Shown here: positions 19,836-29,391 of the stretch, one piece after another
How the letters are laid out: each line of letters begins with the position of its first letter
Position numbering within the stretch: the stretch's first letter is position 1
From: Vulcanisaeta sp. AZ3
Lineage (GTDB): Archaea; Thermoproteota; Thermoprotei; Thermoproteales; Thermocladiaceae
DNA length: 64,000 nucleotides
Assembly (NCBI GenBank): GCA_000960865.2
Contig: JZWU02000004.1
Location: 1 to 64,000 of the forward strand
Direction: 5' to 3'
Position numbers and translations under genes: made by a program
The notes under the pieces: model-generated
Databases searched by the model: none
Seen by the model: only the letters and a program-made list of their open reading frames with translations
What the model was told of the DNA's origin: nothing

Positions 19836-20717
19836 GTGAGCCTTCCTGAGGATGAGGATAGAGCAATTAGAAAGAGGATTGAAAGTAGAAGGTTTAGGAT
19901 TAAGGATATCGATCAACTAAAGACTGTTGATGACGTATTCAATCAATACACAATAAATGCATTGAGAGAGCTCATGAACAGAGGCATTGTTGATGAAGTT
20001 TATGGCCCTGTTGCTCAGGGTAAAGAGGCGAAGGTTGTATGGGCAAAATCACATGACAATAAGGATATTGCCCTAAAGATATTCTACACAACCACAGCCC
20101 AATTCATTAGGGGTAGATATAGGTATCTCCTTGGCGATCCTAGGTTCACCAGTGTAAATATATCGAATACGAGGAAGTTAATTGAGTATTGGTGTAAGAA
20201 GGAGTATGGTAATTTAAGCAGTGCTTACAATGCAGGCGTTAGGGTACCAAGGCCGATAGCCTTTAATAAAAATATATTGGTTATGGAATTCATAAACTAC
20301 GAGGGATATAACGGCGTACCTGCACCATTAATTAAGGATTTACCACCAAGTAATCCCAATGAGGCATACTTAGTAATTATCAAGTTCATCGAAAGAGCAT
20401 TATTACTTGGTGATATAATCCATGCAGACCTCAGTGAATTCAATATATTAAACACTGGAAGAGAATTGGTTATTATAGATTGGGGTAGTGCCGTGAGGGT
20501 AAGCCATCCCAATGCGTTTGAATTTCTACTTAGGGATCTAGAAAACGTGAATAGATACTTTGGTAGAGAGCTTGGTGTTGATGTGTTCAACAGTGGGACG
20601 TTATTGAAGGTATTATTACGTAGATATGAGTACAAGAGTGAGGCTAATGAGGATAAGGATGGCTGGTTATTAATAGAGGGGAATAGCATAATTGAGGAGA
20701 TTAATAATGGGCCTTAA
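19836..20717 (+). CDS. rio1: RIO1 family atypical Ser/Thr kinase
   Basis: GKEAKV, ALKIF, KEYGNL, IHADLSEFNIL, IIDWG. Confidence 0.95.
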   Translation: MSLPEDEDRAIRKRIESRRFRIKDIDQLKTVDDVFNQYTINALRELMNRGIVDEVYGPVAQGKEAKVVWAKSHDNKDIALKIFYTTTAQFIRGRYRYLLGDPRFTSVNISNTRKLIEYWCKKEYGNLSSAYNAGVRVPRPIAFNKNILVMEFINYEGYNGVPAPLIKDLPPSNPNEAYLVIIKFIERALLLGDIIHADLSEFNILNTGRELVIIDWGSAVRVSHPNAFEFLLRDLENVNRYFGRELGVDVFNSGTLLKVLLRRYEYKSEANEDKDGWLLIEGNSIIEEINNGP

Positions 20718-21002
20718 GATCTCATTTTCTTCTTTCAGGTTTGATAAGGCTTATTCCTGCAAGACTTTAGTCCGATATCGGGAGTAACAGACTCATTAAT
20801 TTAGCACTAAACCCTAGGGATTTGATTCTAAGTATATATCATGGGAATATTGAATTAATTGTTGGAATTAGGAATAGAACATGCTAATTAAGATTAAAAC
20901 TATGAACTTTGGAATAAGTTCGTAAACTAGAAACTTCGTAAAGAGAATAAAAGTCAATATATTAGTTAAATTAATATATTCGTAGTTAATTAATGATTAT
21001 AG

Positions 21003-21341
21003 ATGTCATTACCTATACCGCCAGAGCCTGGGGATATTAAGGATAGGATCATGAAGCGAAGAAGTGCATGCACAGGTACTGGTTGTGACTCCTTTGCTGT
21101 TTGGTTTGGTAACGAGTTAGCTAAGTATCTATGGGCTCATTGGAGTAAAGAATTAAGTAGGGTTCACATTAATTGGCAGAGATTTCTGGTGATACTTGGT
21201 AATCATACTCAAGATATTATTAATTGGGCCATTAAAGGTACCCTTAATTGGGAGGATTTAGTTAAGATAATTGCAGGTGAGGCATTAACGGGCGTGAGAA
21301 TACAGGAGGAGAAGGGCGGTATACTAGATTACATTAGGTGA
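21003..21341 (+). CDS. Hypothetical protein, Trp-rich, 112 aa
   Basis: Clean ORF, host-like codon use, AT-rich promoter region upstream; family not recognised. Confidence 0.7.
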   Translation: MSLPIPPEPGDIKDRIMKRRSACTGTGCDSFAVWFGNELAKYLWAHWSKELSRVHINWQRFLVILGNHTQDIINWAIKGTLNWEDLVKIIAGEALTGVRIQEEKGGILDYIR

Positions 21342-21396
21342 TCAATGCTTCAAGTGGCAGGATCTTAAGGAGACGCACTTAAGACTTGGTTTGGAG

Positions 21397-21756
21397 TTAT
21401 GATGAAGGAATAAGACTATTTACTTGATTTGCTTTAATATTGGCTTGTTTCTTTCGCCCTAGTATTGATTCATTCATTATCCTTATCAATATACAAATCT
21501 CTCTACAAATGTTATATGGTTCTGTGTTTGAGCGCATGTATTCGATGATCATTATTGGTGTTGCATAAGTATTAATCCAGAACTCTGCGAATAATTTCTC
21601 ATCCTTGTCAACAAGGTGTACCTCCACATTACTGTCACCACTAAATCTCACCATGTACCTTGACCCACTCATGAATTGCTGTCTCTCAACCGATATAGCA
21701 TTGCAAGTCCTCATTAGTAAATCAGCCACTAAGCCGGCTATTCGCGTGCTCATCAC
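21397..21756 (-). CDS. Hypothetical protein
   Basis: 119-aa ORF filling a gap, TTTAAA box upstream. Confidence 0.55.
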   Translation of the reverse strand: MMSTRIAGLVADLLMRTCNAISVERQQFMSGSRYMVRFSGDSNVEVHLVDKDEKLFAEFWINTYATPIMIIEYMRSNTEPYNICREICILIRIMNESILGRKKQANIKANQVNSLIPSS

Positions 21757-21835
21757 TGAATATGCTTAAGTCTCATTTTAAAGCATGCGTTTTAATTTAT
21801 TGGAAATTATGGATCGAGACAGAGCACTCCAATCC

Positions 21836-22387
21836 TTATTTAACCACTATGGTACTATCATCATCTTCATCATCATGAGGTTTAAATGTCATGATAATGA
21901 ATCTATATAATGTCGATAGTTTATTATTCATCAAATCCTCAATTAGCTGCCAAGACATCACCAATAAGCCTGCATTGTAAAGAGCAAGCCCAAATCCTAG
22001 ATAATGATCACCGGTCAATTGGTAATCAGTAATAACAAGCCCAAGGTCTGCATAATGCATTATTGATATGTATGTAAAGTACATAAGAGCTATCATGAAG
22101 AAAGTTATGTATGTAATTATAAGCGCTCTGGCCCTGAATGACATATCCCCAAAGCCGTTCCTTAATTGTTTAATCATTGTTAGTGAGGATATCACAAGCA
22201 TGGACAGCATGAACATAAACACTGGAGTAACTATCAGCACCGTTAGGTTCGCAATGCCATAAAGCCACAGCTCTATTAATACATAGTCGAGAGCCATTGC
22301 CATAGATAGGGCTGAGATTAGGGACATTATGTATATATACCTTACATAATCCTGAATACCTCCCGTATTAACCGACATACTATTCAA
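21836..22387 (-). CDS. Hypothetical membrane protein (~4 TM), acidic C-tail
   Basis: Four hydrophobic segments; HDDEDDD tail. Confidence 0.65.
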   Translation of the reverse strand: MNSMSVNTGGIQDYVRYIYIMSLISALSMAMALDYVLIELWLYGIANLTVLIVTPVFMFMLSMLVISSLTMIKQLRNGFGDMSFRARALIITYITFFMIALMYFTYISIMHYADLGLVITDYQLTGDHYLGFGLALYNAGLLVMSWQLIEDLMNNKLSTLYRFIIMTFKPHDDEDDDSTIVVK

Positions 22388-22499
22388 GCAATACTCTCAT
22401 AATATTAATATTTAATGCTAACAATTAGAATTCCGAGGAATATAACGAACCCCCATAAGTGCTTATTAAGGGGTTCCTCAGAGTATGGTGGATTAGTTA

Positions 22500-25400
22500 A
22501 TGGAGAAACAACCGTTAGTGATATATAGAAAGGTCTGTCCAAACTGCGGTGGAGACATAACCTCGGATAGACTTAATTCTGGATTACCATGCCATAAATG
22601 CTTACCTGAGAATTTAAGTAATGTTGCTGGGGTAATTGAAGTTCTTAATCTCCTTGAGAGGTTAGGTACGATTAATAGACTTAGAACATTATCAAATCTC
22701 ATTCATGAGTATGAGGAATTTAGTGATATGTTCAAAAGTGCCATAGGTATGAGCATGTGGGGTGCTCAGAGGCTCTGGGCTAGGAGACTTATTAAGGGTA
22801 AAAGTTTTGCAGTGGTTGCGCCTACGGGTAGTGGGAAGACTACCTTCGGTATAATTGCGTCAATATACATGGTGGTTAGGAGGACGGGTAAGGTATTGAT
22901 AATGGTACCCACATCAACACTGGCTTACGACATCCATAGAAGGCTTGTGAATTATGCAAATAAGCTTGGCGTTAGCGTTAAAGTAGTACATGTATCCTCA
23001 ATATTAAGTAAGCAGGAGCTTTCTGAAGCTATGAAGTCAGTCGAGGATGGTGATTTTGACATATTGATAATAACAAATGCCTTCTTACCGCGTCACATGG
23101 ACCTCCTCAAGAGGTACAGATTCTCATTGATCTTTGTTGACGATGTCGATAGTGTATTGAGAGCCTCTAGTAGGAACATAGATAGATTATTGATACTGCT
23201 CGGTATTAGTGAGGAGACGCTACATAAGGCATTAGAGGTCGTTGAGCTAATAAAGAAGCTTAGGAGAGCAATTAGGTTTAGATTAAGTGAGGAAGAAATC
23301 AATAGTCTTAGGAGGGATATTGAGAAATTAAGTGGTGAATTACGTAATTATATAAACAATAATAAGATAGGTATCTTAATAGCCTCAGGAGCGTTGACAA
23401 AGATAAGAAAGACCACCAGGCTCTTCCTCTTTAGGGAATTCTTGGGCTTTGAGACAGGCGGTAGGGCTGAGGGGCTTAGGAATGTTGTTGATGTTTATGT
23501 TAAACTTGATAAGTCCATAATCGATACTGCAGTTCAAATCGTGAAGAGACTTAGTGGTGGGGGTATAGTGTATGTGCCATCGGACCTTAAGGACTTAATT
23601 AATGAGTTAGATAAGAAACTCAATGAAAGCGGTATAAAGTCAGCACCCTACTTAAGGCCCAGTAAGTCCGTGCTTAATGATTTCATTGATGGAAAAATAG
23701 ACGTATTGATAGGTCTCGCCACCCCTAGGTCATCTCTAGTTAGGGGTATCGATTTACCTCAAAGGATTGCTTATGTTGTTTTCATAGGCGTCCCACGCAT
23801 GAGGTTTAGAGTTAAGCTTGACGAATTCACACCAATTAGATACCTAATGCTTCTATTCAATATCAGGAATGCCGTTCCTCAATACCTAAGGAATGATATC
23901 GATAGAGTTGTTGCTAAACTTAAGAATTTAACAGTACTTAATCAAGAGCAAATAAATAATTTATTAAAAGCCATTAAGGAGAATAAAGAGTTAAGTGGAT
24001 TTGAAAAATATGCCGTTGATGTAATTAAGGAGGCTGTAGATCTCGTAAATAAATTATTAAGTGATAAAAATGTTAGGAAGGCCATTGAACAATCAAGCGA
24101 AGTTGGTCTTGAGTACATTAATAATGAATTATATGTAGTGGTTCCTGATGTAACAACGTATGTGCAAGGTAGTGGTAGAACCTCAAGATTCTACGTTGGC
24201 GGTGTTTCCAAGGGCCTGTCCGTACTTATTATTGATAATGAGAAAATATTCAATGGACTGACTAGAAACCTTAAGTACAGGCTTGAAGATGTGAGATTTC
24301 AAGAAATAAGTGAGGTAAACCTCGATAATTTAATAAAGAATATCAAAGAGGAAAGGGAGTTAATTAGAAATATAATGCTTGGTAAGATACCAAATCAATT
24401 CCTGGGTAAGGATCCGTTAAGAACAGCGTTTGTAATTGTCGAATCGCCAACTAAAGCAAGGACAATAGCAAGCTTCTTCGGCGTACCCACTAGAAGGGAG
24501 GTCGGTCCTCTCATTATTTATGAGGCTGTCCTAGGTAATCTATACTTACTAATAACAGCTACAAAGGGTCATATGTGGGACTTAATGCCCTCAGTTCCAC
24601 TCGACGTAAAAGATTTCGCGCCAATCCTAGGGGCAAGTAAGTTACTTGATTATTACGGTGTTCTAAAGGTTAATGATAACTTCATCCCTATTTATAGCAC
24701 AATAAAAAGATGCCCCGTTGGGGGTGAAACCTACACGGAAGATTCTGATGTATGTAAGATACATGATGTTAAGCTCGTAGATGTCATGGAAGTAGTCAAT
24801 GCAATAAGAGATGTGGCCACAGAGGTTGATCAAGTAATGATCGGCACAGATCCTGACTCAGAGGGAGAAAAGATCGCATGGGATGTTTACATGATTCTCA
24901 GACCTTACGTAAGTAACATATATAGGATTGAGTTCCATGAGGTAACCAAGAAGGCAATAATAGATGCAATAACAAATCCAAGAGGAATAAACACAAATAT
25001 GGTCAATGCCCAATTGATAAGAAGAATTGAGGACAGGTGGATTGGCTTCGGACTAAGCCAGAAGGTCCAAGAAGAGTTTCACAGGAAGAACCTATCGGCC
25101 GGTAGAGTACAGACACCAGTACTTGGCTGGATAATAGATAGGTTTGATGTGAGTAGAAAAGACAAGGTTTACACTGTGACCCTAACTCTCAATAACAACA
25201 TTAAGGTAAGGTTAAGTATACCCCCTGAGAAGGAGGACTTAATAAAGGTCTTGAGAGCACTCCATAGGAATAAGCCCGTTGAACCTACAATAAAGGTCAA
25301 GGTCAACAAGATTAGTGAAGAGAAAGGAATTGAGTTAAATCCACCACCTCCATACACAACAGATGCCTTACTCAGAGATGCCGCAAACATCCTTGGGCTA

Positions 25401-26300
25401 AGCGTTGAGAGAACAATGGCAATAGCCCAGGAACTCTTCGAATCAGGGTTAATAACATACCATAGGACCGATAGTACAAGAGTATCAACCGTCGGCATCG
25501 GTATAGCCAAGGAATATATTAGTGAGAGAATTGGTGGAGATTATTTCGTGGGCAGATCGTGGAGCGGTGAAGAGCTTGGTGCACATGAGTGCATAAGACC
25601 AACAAGACCTATAGACTCTGATGATTTAAGGAACCTATTGAACACAGGGCTTCTCCAATTAGCTATTAGAGTTACTCCAAACCACCTTAGAGTCTACGAC
25701 CTAATCTTCAGGAGGTTCATCGCAAGCCAAATGAAGAGTGCCAAGGTTACAAAAGAGAGATTTAAATTAAGCATTTACTTAAATAATGAAGAGGTTCATT
25801 CTGAGGAGTTTGAAAGAATAAGTAAGATCGATGAGCCTGGATTTACTAGGGTTTGGAGTTACCCTGAGGGTAGGGTGTCTCAAGAGCTTAACCTCGATAG
25901 GGGTGAGTATGAGATAATTAATGTTGATTATATTAAGAAGGTAAGCAGGACACAACCACTTAGGGAGGGTGATATAATAGATTTAATGAGGAACAGGGGA
26001 ATAGGTAGGCCGAGTACTTACGCCAAAATAATTGACGTAATCTTAAAAAGGCACTATGCAATTGTTGTTGGTAAGAGGGCTAGGTTCGTTGTACCAACAA
26101 CCCTCGGCCGTCAAGTCTATGATTATTTAACGAAGAAGAATAGTAAATTCAGTGATTTAGTTAGTGAAGAGAGGACTAGAATGGTTGAGAATTACATGGA
26201 CGACATTGAAAATGGCAAAAGAGAATACGCAGATGTACTTAATGAACTATTTGATGAGGCAGTAAGCAAGGGAGTATTGAGAGGGAATGTTATTGATTGA
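22500..26300 (+). CDS. rgy: Reverse gyrase
   Basis: N-terminal CPNCGG..PCHKC, APTGSGKTT, DDVD, QGSGRTSR, VESPTKA, DPDSEGEKI, ITYHRTDS, GIGRPSTYA. Confidence 0.98.
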   Translation: MEKQPLVIYRKVCPNCGGDITSDRLNSGLPCHKCLPENLSNVAGVIEVLNLLERLGTINRLRTLSNLIHEYEEFSDMFKSAIGMSMWGAQRLWARRLIKGKSFAVVAPTGSGKTTFGIIASIYMVVRRTGKVLIMVPTSTLAYDIHRRLVNYANKLGVSVKVVHVSSILSKQELSEAMKSVEDGDFDILIITNAFLPRHMDLLKRYRFSLIFVDDVDSVLRASSRNIDRLLILLGISEETLHKALEVVELIKKLRRAIRFRLSEEEINSLRRDIEKLSGELRNYINNNKIGILIASGALTKIRKTTRLFLFREFLGFETGGRAEGLRNVVDVYVKLDKSIIDTAVQIVKRLSGGGIVYVPSDLKDLINELDKKLNESGIKSAPYLRPSKSVLNDFIDGKIDVLIGLATPRSSLVRGIDLPQRIAYVVFIGVPRMRFRVKLDEFTPIRYLMLLFNIRNAVPQYLRNDIDRVVAKLKNLTVLNQEQINNLLKAIKENKELSGFEKYAVDVIKEAVDLVNKLLSDKNVRKAIEQSSEVGLEYINNELYVVVPDVTTYVQGSGRTSRFYVGGVSKGLSVLIIDNEKIFNGLTRNLKYRLEDVRFQEISEVNLDNLIKNIKEERELIRNIMLGKIPNQFLGKDPLRTAFVIVESPTKARTIASFFGVPTRREVGPLIIYEAVLGNLYLLITATKGHMWDLMPSVPLDVKDFAPILGASKLLDYYGVLKVNDNFIPIYSTIKRCPVGGETYTEDSDVCKIHDVKLVDVMEVVNAIRDVATEVDQVMIGTDPDSEGEKIAWDVYMILRPYVSNIYRIEFHEVTKKAIIDAITNPRGINTNMVNAQLIRRIEDRWIGFGLSQKVQEEFHRKNLSAGRVQTPVLGWIIDRFDVSRKDKVYTVTLTLNNNIKVRLSIPPEKEDLIKVLRALHRNKPVEPTIKVKVNKISEEKGIELNPPPPYTTDALLRDAANILGLSVERTMAIAQELFESGLITYHRTDSTRVSTVGIGIAKEYISERIGGDYFVGRSWSGEELGAHECIRPTRPIDSDDLRNLLNTGLLQLAIRVTPNHLRVYDLIFRRFIASQMKSAKVTKERFKLSIYLNNEEVHSEEFERISKIDEPGFTRVWSYPEGRVSQELNLDRGEYEIINVDYIKKVSRTQPLREGDIIDLMRNRGIGRPSTYAKIIDVILKRHYAIVVGKRARFVVPTTLGRQVYDYLTKKNSKFSDLVSEERTRMVENYMDDIENGKREYADVLNELFDEAVSKGVLRGNVID

Positions 26301-26317
26301 AAAACCACAGACTAGTT

Positions 26318-28432
26318 TTATCCACAAGAGCCTGTTTTGCAATACGGATCATCTGTCTCTCCAAGCTCCTCTCTCATTTCCTCCTCAATACTACCTGAAC
26401 CATCACCCTTAATCCTGACCAACTTGTCCTTAAGTGATGATAGGGATGTATAGCTGGCCTTCGCCTCAATCTCAATCCTTGGTTTTGTCTCGATCTTGGC
26501 TTTTATTTCAGTCTCAGCGCTCTTAATGCCTGTGTATATTACTTGGGCTGACTTGCTCCTATCTCTATATACAGTAATTCCGAAGGCATTTAGGAGCCAA
26601 GCTAACCTATATGCCTGCTCCACATCCTCTATAGGCGTCTCACTGGGCATGTTTATTGTCTTACTAACACCAGAATCATTCCACCTAGCCCAGGTGACTT
26701 GCATGTAGATGTGCCACTTCCAATGTACCTCATGGGCAGTCCTCAATAGATTATTCAATGGGTGGTCTTTGGGTAATACGCCGTATTCCTCAACGAATTT
26801 CCTGGTCCTCTCATCAAGTGTCTTCGTGCTCATTAGTAGCTTGAGAGCCGTATAGTTATACTCAATGAGTTTGCCAATGCTTAAGTTCCTAATGTAGGCA
26901 ATGGCGAATAGGGGTTCTATGCTTGAGTTCACACCTGCAATGAGGCTTCTCGAACCCTCTGGTGCAATGCTCATTATTGAGCCATTCCTAATGCCAATAG
27001 TGCTCACGTCTATTGATAAATCCTCATCAGTGGCATCATAACCCTTAAGCACTGCTGTGTAGCCCCTCATTATTGACTTAACAGTCTCATCCTCATAACC
27101 AATCCTCAATGTATTTAAGTACTCATTAACTGCCTCCTCATCTATTGAACTCGAGAACCTCTCAAGTCTCTCCCTATGCTTTGTCCAGGGTAGTACACCA
27201 TCAGCCCAATCACCATGCTTATACGCCGGGTAAGCACCCTTCTCCCTAGCCAATTCAATACTTGCCCTAACAGCAAACCTAGCCATAAAACTAGCCAGGG
27301 CATCCGACACAGCCAAGGCCTGGGGTGAATCATACCTAAGACCCAGGGCTATCAAGGCATCAGCCAAGCCATTAGCCCCAAGCCCAATCCTCCTAGTCTC
27401 TAAAACCCTCTTCTTAAGTCTCTCGTGAGGTAACTTATTCACATCAATAACATCATCCAAAAACCTAACCGCCAAACCCACATCCCTAGCTAACCCCTCC
27501 CAATCAATACTGCCACTCACCACGTATTTAGCCAAGTTAATACTGCCTAGGTTACAACTCTCAAAGTCATACAGTGACTCCTCTGAGCATGGGTTTGTGG
27601 CATTAATAACCTCGCCAGGTAACTTCTCATTATTAATGAAGTTAGCTAAATCCCTATTCCAAAGACCTGGATCTCCACTATCCCAAGCGGACTTAACTAT
27701 TTTGTCCCAGAGCTCCCTTGCATTGACTTTCTTCCATATCCTAACCTTCCCAGCCCTTATTGCCTCTACGCATGACTCATAGCACTTAACGAAGTCCTCA
27801 CCCCACGTCTTGTAGAGGCATGGGCACTCCCTTGGGCTAATTAAATAAACATCCTCACTCTTAAGAGCCTTCTGCATGAAGTAGTCGTCGATAGTTACGG
27901 ATATGTTGAAGTTCTGAAGCTGCGTATCCTTTAAACCACCACTCTTTGATGTTATGAACTTCTCAATATCTGGATGCCACCAGAAGAGCATACCCATTTG
28001 GGCACCGCGTCTCTTACCGCCCTGCTTAATAGTGTCGACCAATGTGTCGAAGAGGCGCATGAAGCTTAGAGGACCACTGGCAATGCCAGTGGTTGACCTA
28101 ACAATGTCTCCCTCAGGTCTCAATTTACCAAAGTTATAACCAACACCACCACCAGACTGGAATATCAAGGCGGCAAGTCTCAAGGCATCCATTATGCCGA
28201 AGTTACACTCCGCATCCTCCCTATTTGTATCGCTATCCCTAGATAGACAATCATCAACGGGTATTACGAAGCATGCAGATAACTGGCCAAGCCTAGTAAA
28301 TGCATTATATAACGTTGGCGAATTAGGCATGAACTTAAGCTGACTAATTAGGTCGTAGAATCTCCTTGCCCAAGTTATTGGATCACCACCATACCTAAGC
28401 TCCGCATAAGCAACACCCATTGCAGTCCTCAT
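26318..28432 (-). CDS. nrdJ: Class II (B12-dependent) ribonucleotide reductase, catalytic part (continues from upstream ORF across a frameshift)
   Basis: PNSPTL, LSACFV, KQGGKRRGAQM, TNPCSE, CNLGSINL, SIAPEG, VSKTINM, C-terminal CKTGSC. Confidence 0.92.
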   Translation of the reverse strand: MRTAMGVAYAELRYGGDPITWARRFYDLISQLKFMPNSPTLYNAFTRLGQLSACFVIPVDDCLSRDSDTNREDAECNFGIMDALRLAALIFQSGGGVGYNFGKLRPEGDIVRSTTGIASGPLSFMRLFDTLVDTIKQGGKRRGAQMGMLFWWHPDIEKFITSKSGGLKDTQLQNFNISVTIDDYFMQKALKSEDVYLISPRECPCLYKTWGEDFVKCYESCVEAIRAGKVRIWKKVNARELWDKIVKSAWDSGDPGLWNRDLANFINNEKLPGEVINATNPCSEESLYDFESCNLGSINLAKYVVSGSIDWEGLARDVGLAVRFLDDVIDVNKLPHERLKKRVLETRRIGLGANGLADALIALGLRYDSPQALAVSDALASFMARFAVRASIELAREKGAYPAYKHGDWADGVLPWTKHRERLERFSSSIDEEAVNEYLNTLRIGYEDETVKSIMRGYTAVLKGYDATDEDLSIDVSTIGIRNGSIMSIAPEGSRSLIAGVNSSIEPLFAIAYIRNLSIGKLIEYNYTALKLLMSTKTLDERTRKFVEEYGVLPKDHPLNNLLRTAHEVHWKWHIYMQVTWARWNDSGVSKTINMPSETPIEDVEQAYRLAWLLNAFGITVYRDRSKSAQVIYTGIKSAETEIKAKIETKPRIEIEAKASYTSLSSLKDKLVRIKGDGSGSIEEEMREELGETDDPYCKTGSCG

Positions 28433-29001
28433 CCATAAGTATTGAGGCGCCTCGAAAAAGAACCATCAATCCTTTTCAGGAGGTACCTACTCATTAGCGT
28501 CCTGACACCATTGTACGTTAGAAGCTCATCCCTACTGGGGTCTAGATAGCTAGCCAACTCATCAATGTGATCTCCAAACCAAGCAGCCATCTCAGGATCC
28601 CAAATTCTCAGTTCAAGCCCTGTCCTAAACCAATCCTTGAAACCATCACGGTAGGCACCCTCAAATTTCAACTTACTTTCATCAATAGCCTTAATAATGC
28701 TCTTACCCCAAACCTGCTTATACACGCTCCAAAGTAAGTAATTCCTAGCAGCATAATGCCAACTCAAATCTTCAGTGACCATGTTAAGCATGATCAACTG
28801 AACCCTATCAAACAACTCCACGGACGAAATAACACCACTAATATCTAAGGCATTAAGTACAGCACTTGGGTCAGGAGCCCTAGCAAGCTTCAAAGTAGTG
28901 AGTAGTTTATTTTCGTCGAAACTCTCCACAACACCATTCCTCTTCAACACTTCTGCTTTAACCATTTCTCTAACTCCTTCAGTACTTAATTGCACGCCCA
29001 A
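28429..29001 (-). CDS. nrdJ: N-terminal ATP-cone part of NrdJ, separated by a 1-nt frameshift
   Basis: VLKRNGVVESFDENKL ATP cone; one extra T in the run at 28455-28459 gives RYLLKRIDGSFFEAPQYLWMRTA, joining both ORFs. Confidence 0.85.
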   Translation of the reverse strand: MGVQLSTEGVREMVKAEVLKRNGVVESFDENKLLTTLKLARAPDPSAVLNALDISGVISSVELFDRVQLIMLNMVTEDLSWHYAARNYLLWSVYKQVWGKSIIKAIDESKLKFEGAYRDGFKDWFRTGLELRIWDPEMAAWFGDHIDELASYLDPSRDELLTYNGVRTLMSRYLLKRIDGSFSRRLNTYG

Positions 29002-29391
29002 AATATAAATTACTTTTATTAGGAGGTAAGAGACAAAATAAAAGAAAATGATTGAAGGAGAAAGACATATATATTACATTCATTCAACTCTAGGGATGTC
29101 TTAAGGTTCCATGTAAAAGGCTTTGTTTCCTATTGTCACGATTGACTAAACAGTAGTTGGGTAATTTTTCAAGAGTGGTAATATTAAATCTACATAACTA
29201 ATCGTTAATTCACTACTTTGTATCATTGATTTCTAATTCTTACTAAGGAGTTATTAAATGATTTATAATTAATGCAGCAATTGGTTTGCTTATTTTTCGT
29301 ATTATTTAATCTAAGCTAGTCCATGGTTGATCTACTTAGAATTAATAACACTAATAAAGAAGATTAAAACGCGTGTATTTGGTATAGGCAT

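Noticed and set aside
20730-20800. Possible C/D sRNA on the minus strand downstream of rio1
   Set aside because: C box degenerate, no C' box, spacing too long
22500-28432. Inteins in reverse gyrase or NrdJ
   Set aside because: Lengths are normal and no C...HN/C splice junctions or LAGLIDADG motifs were seen
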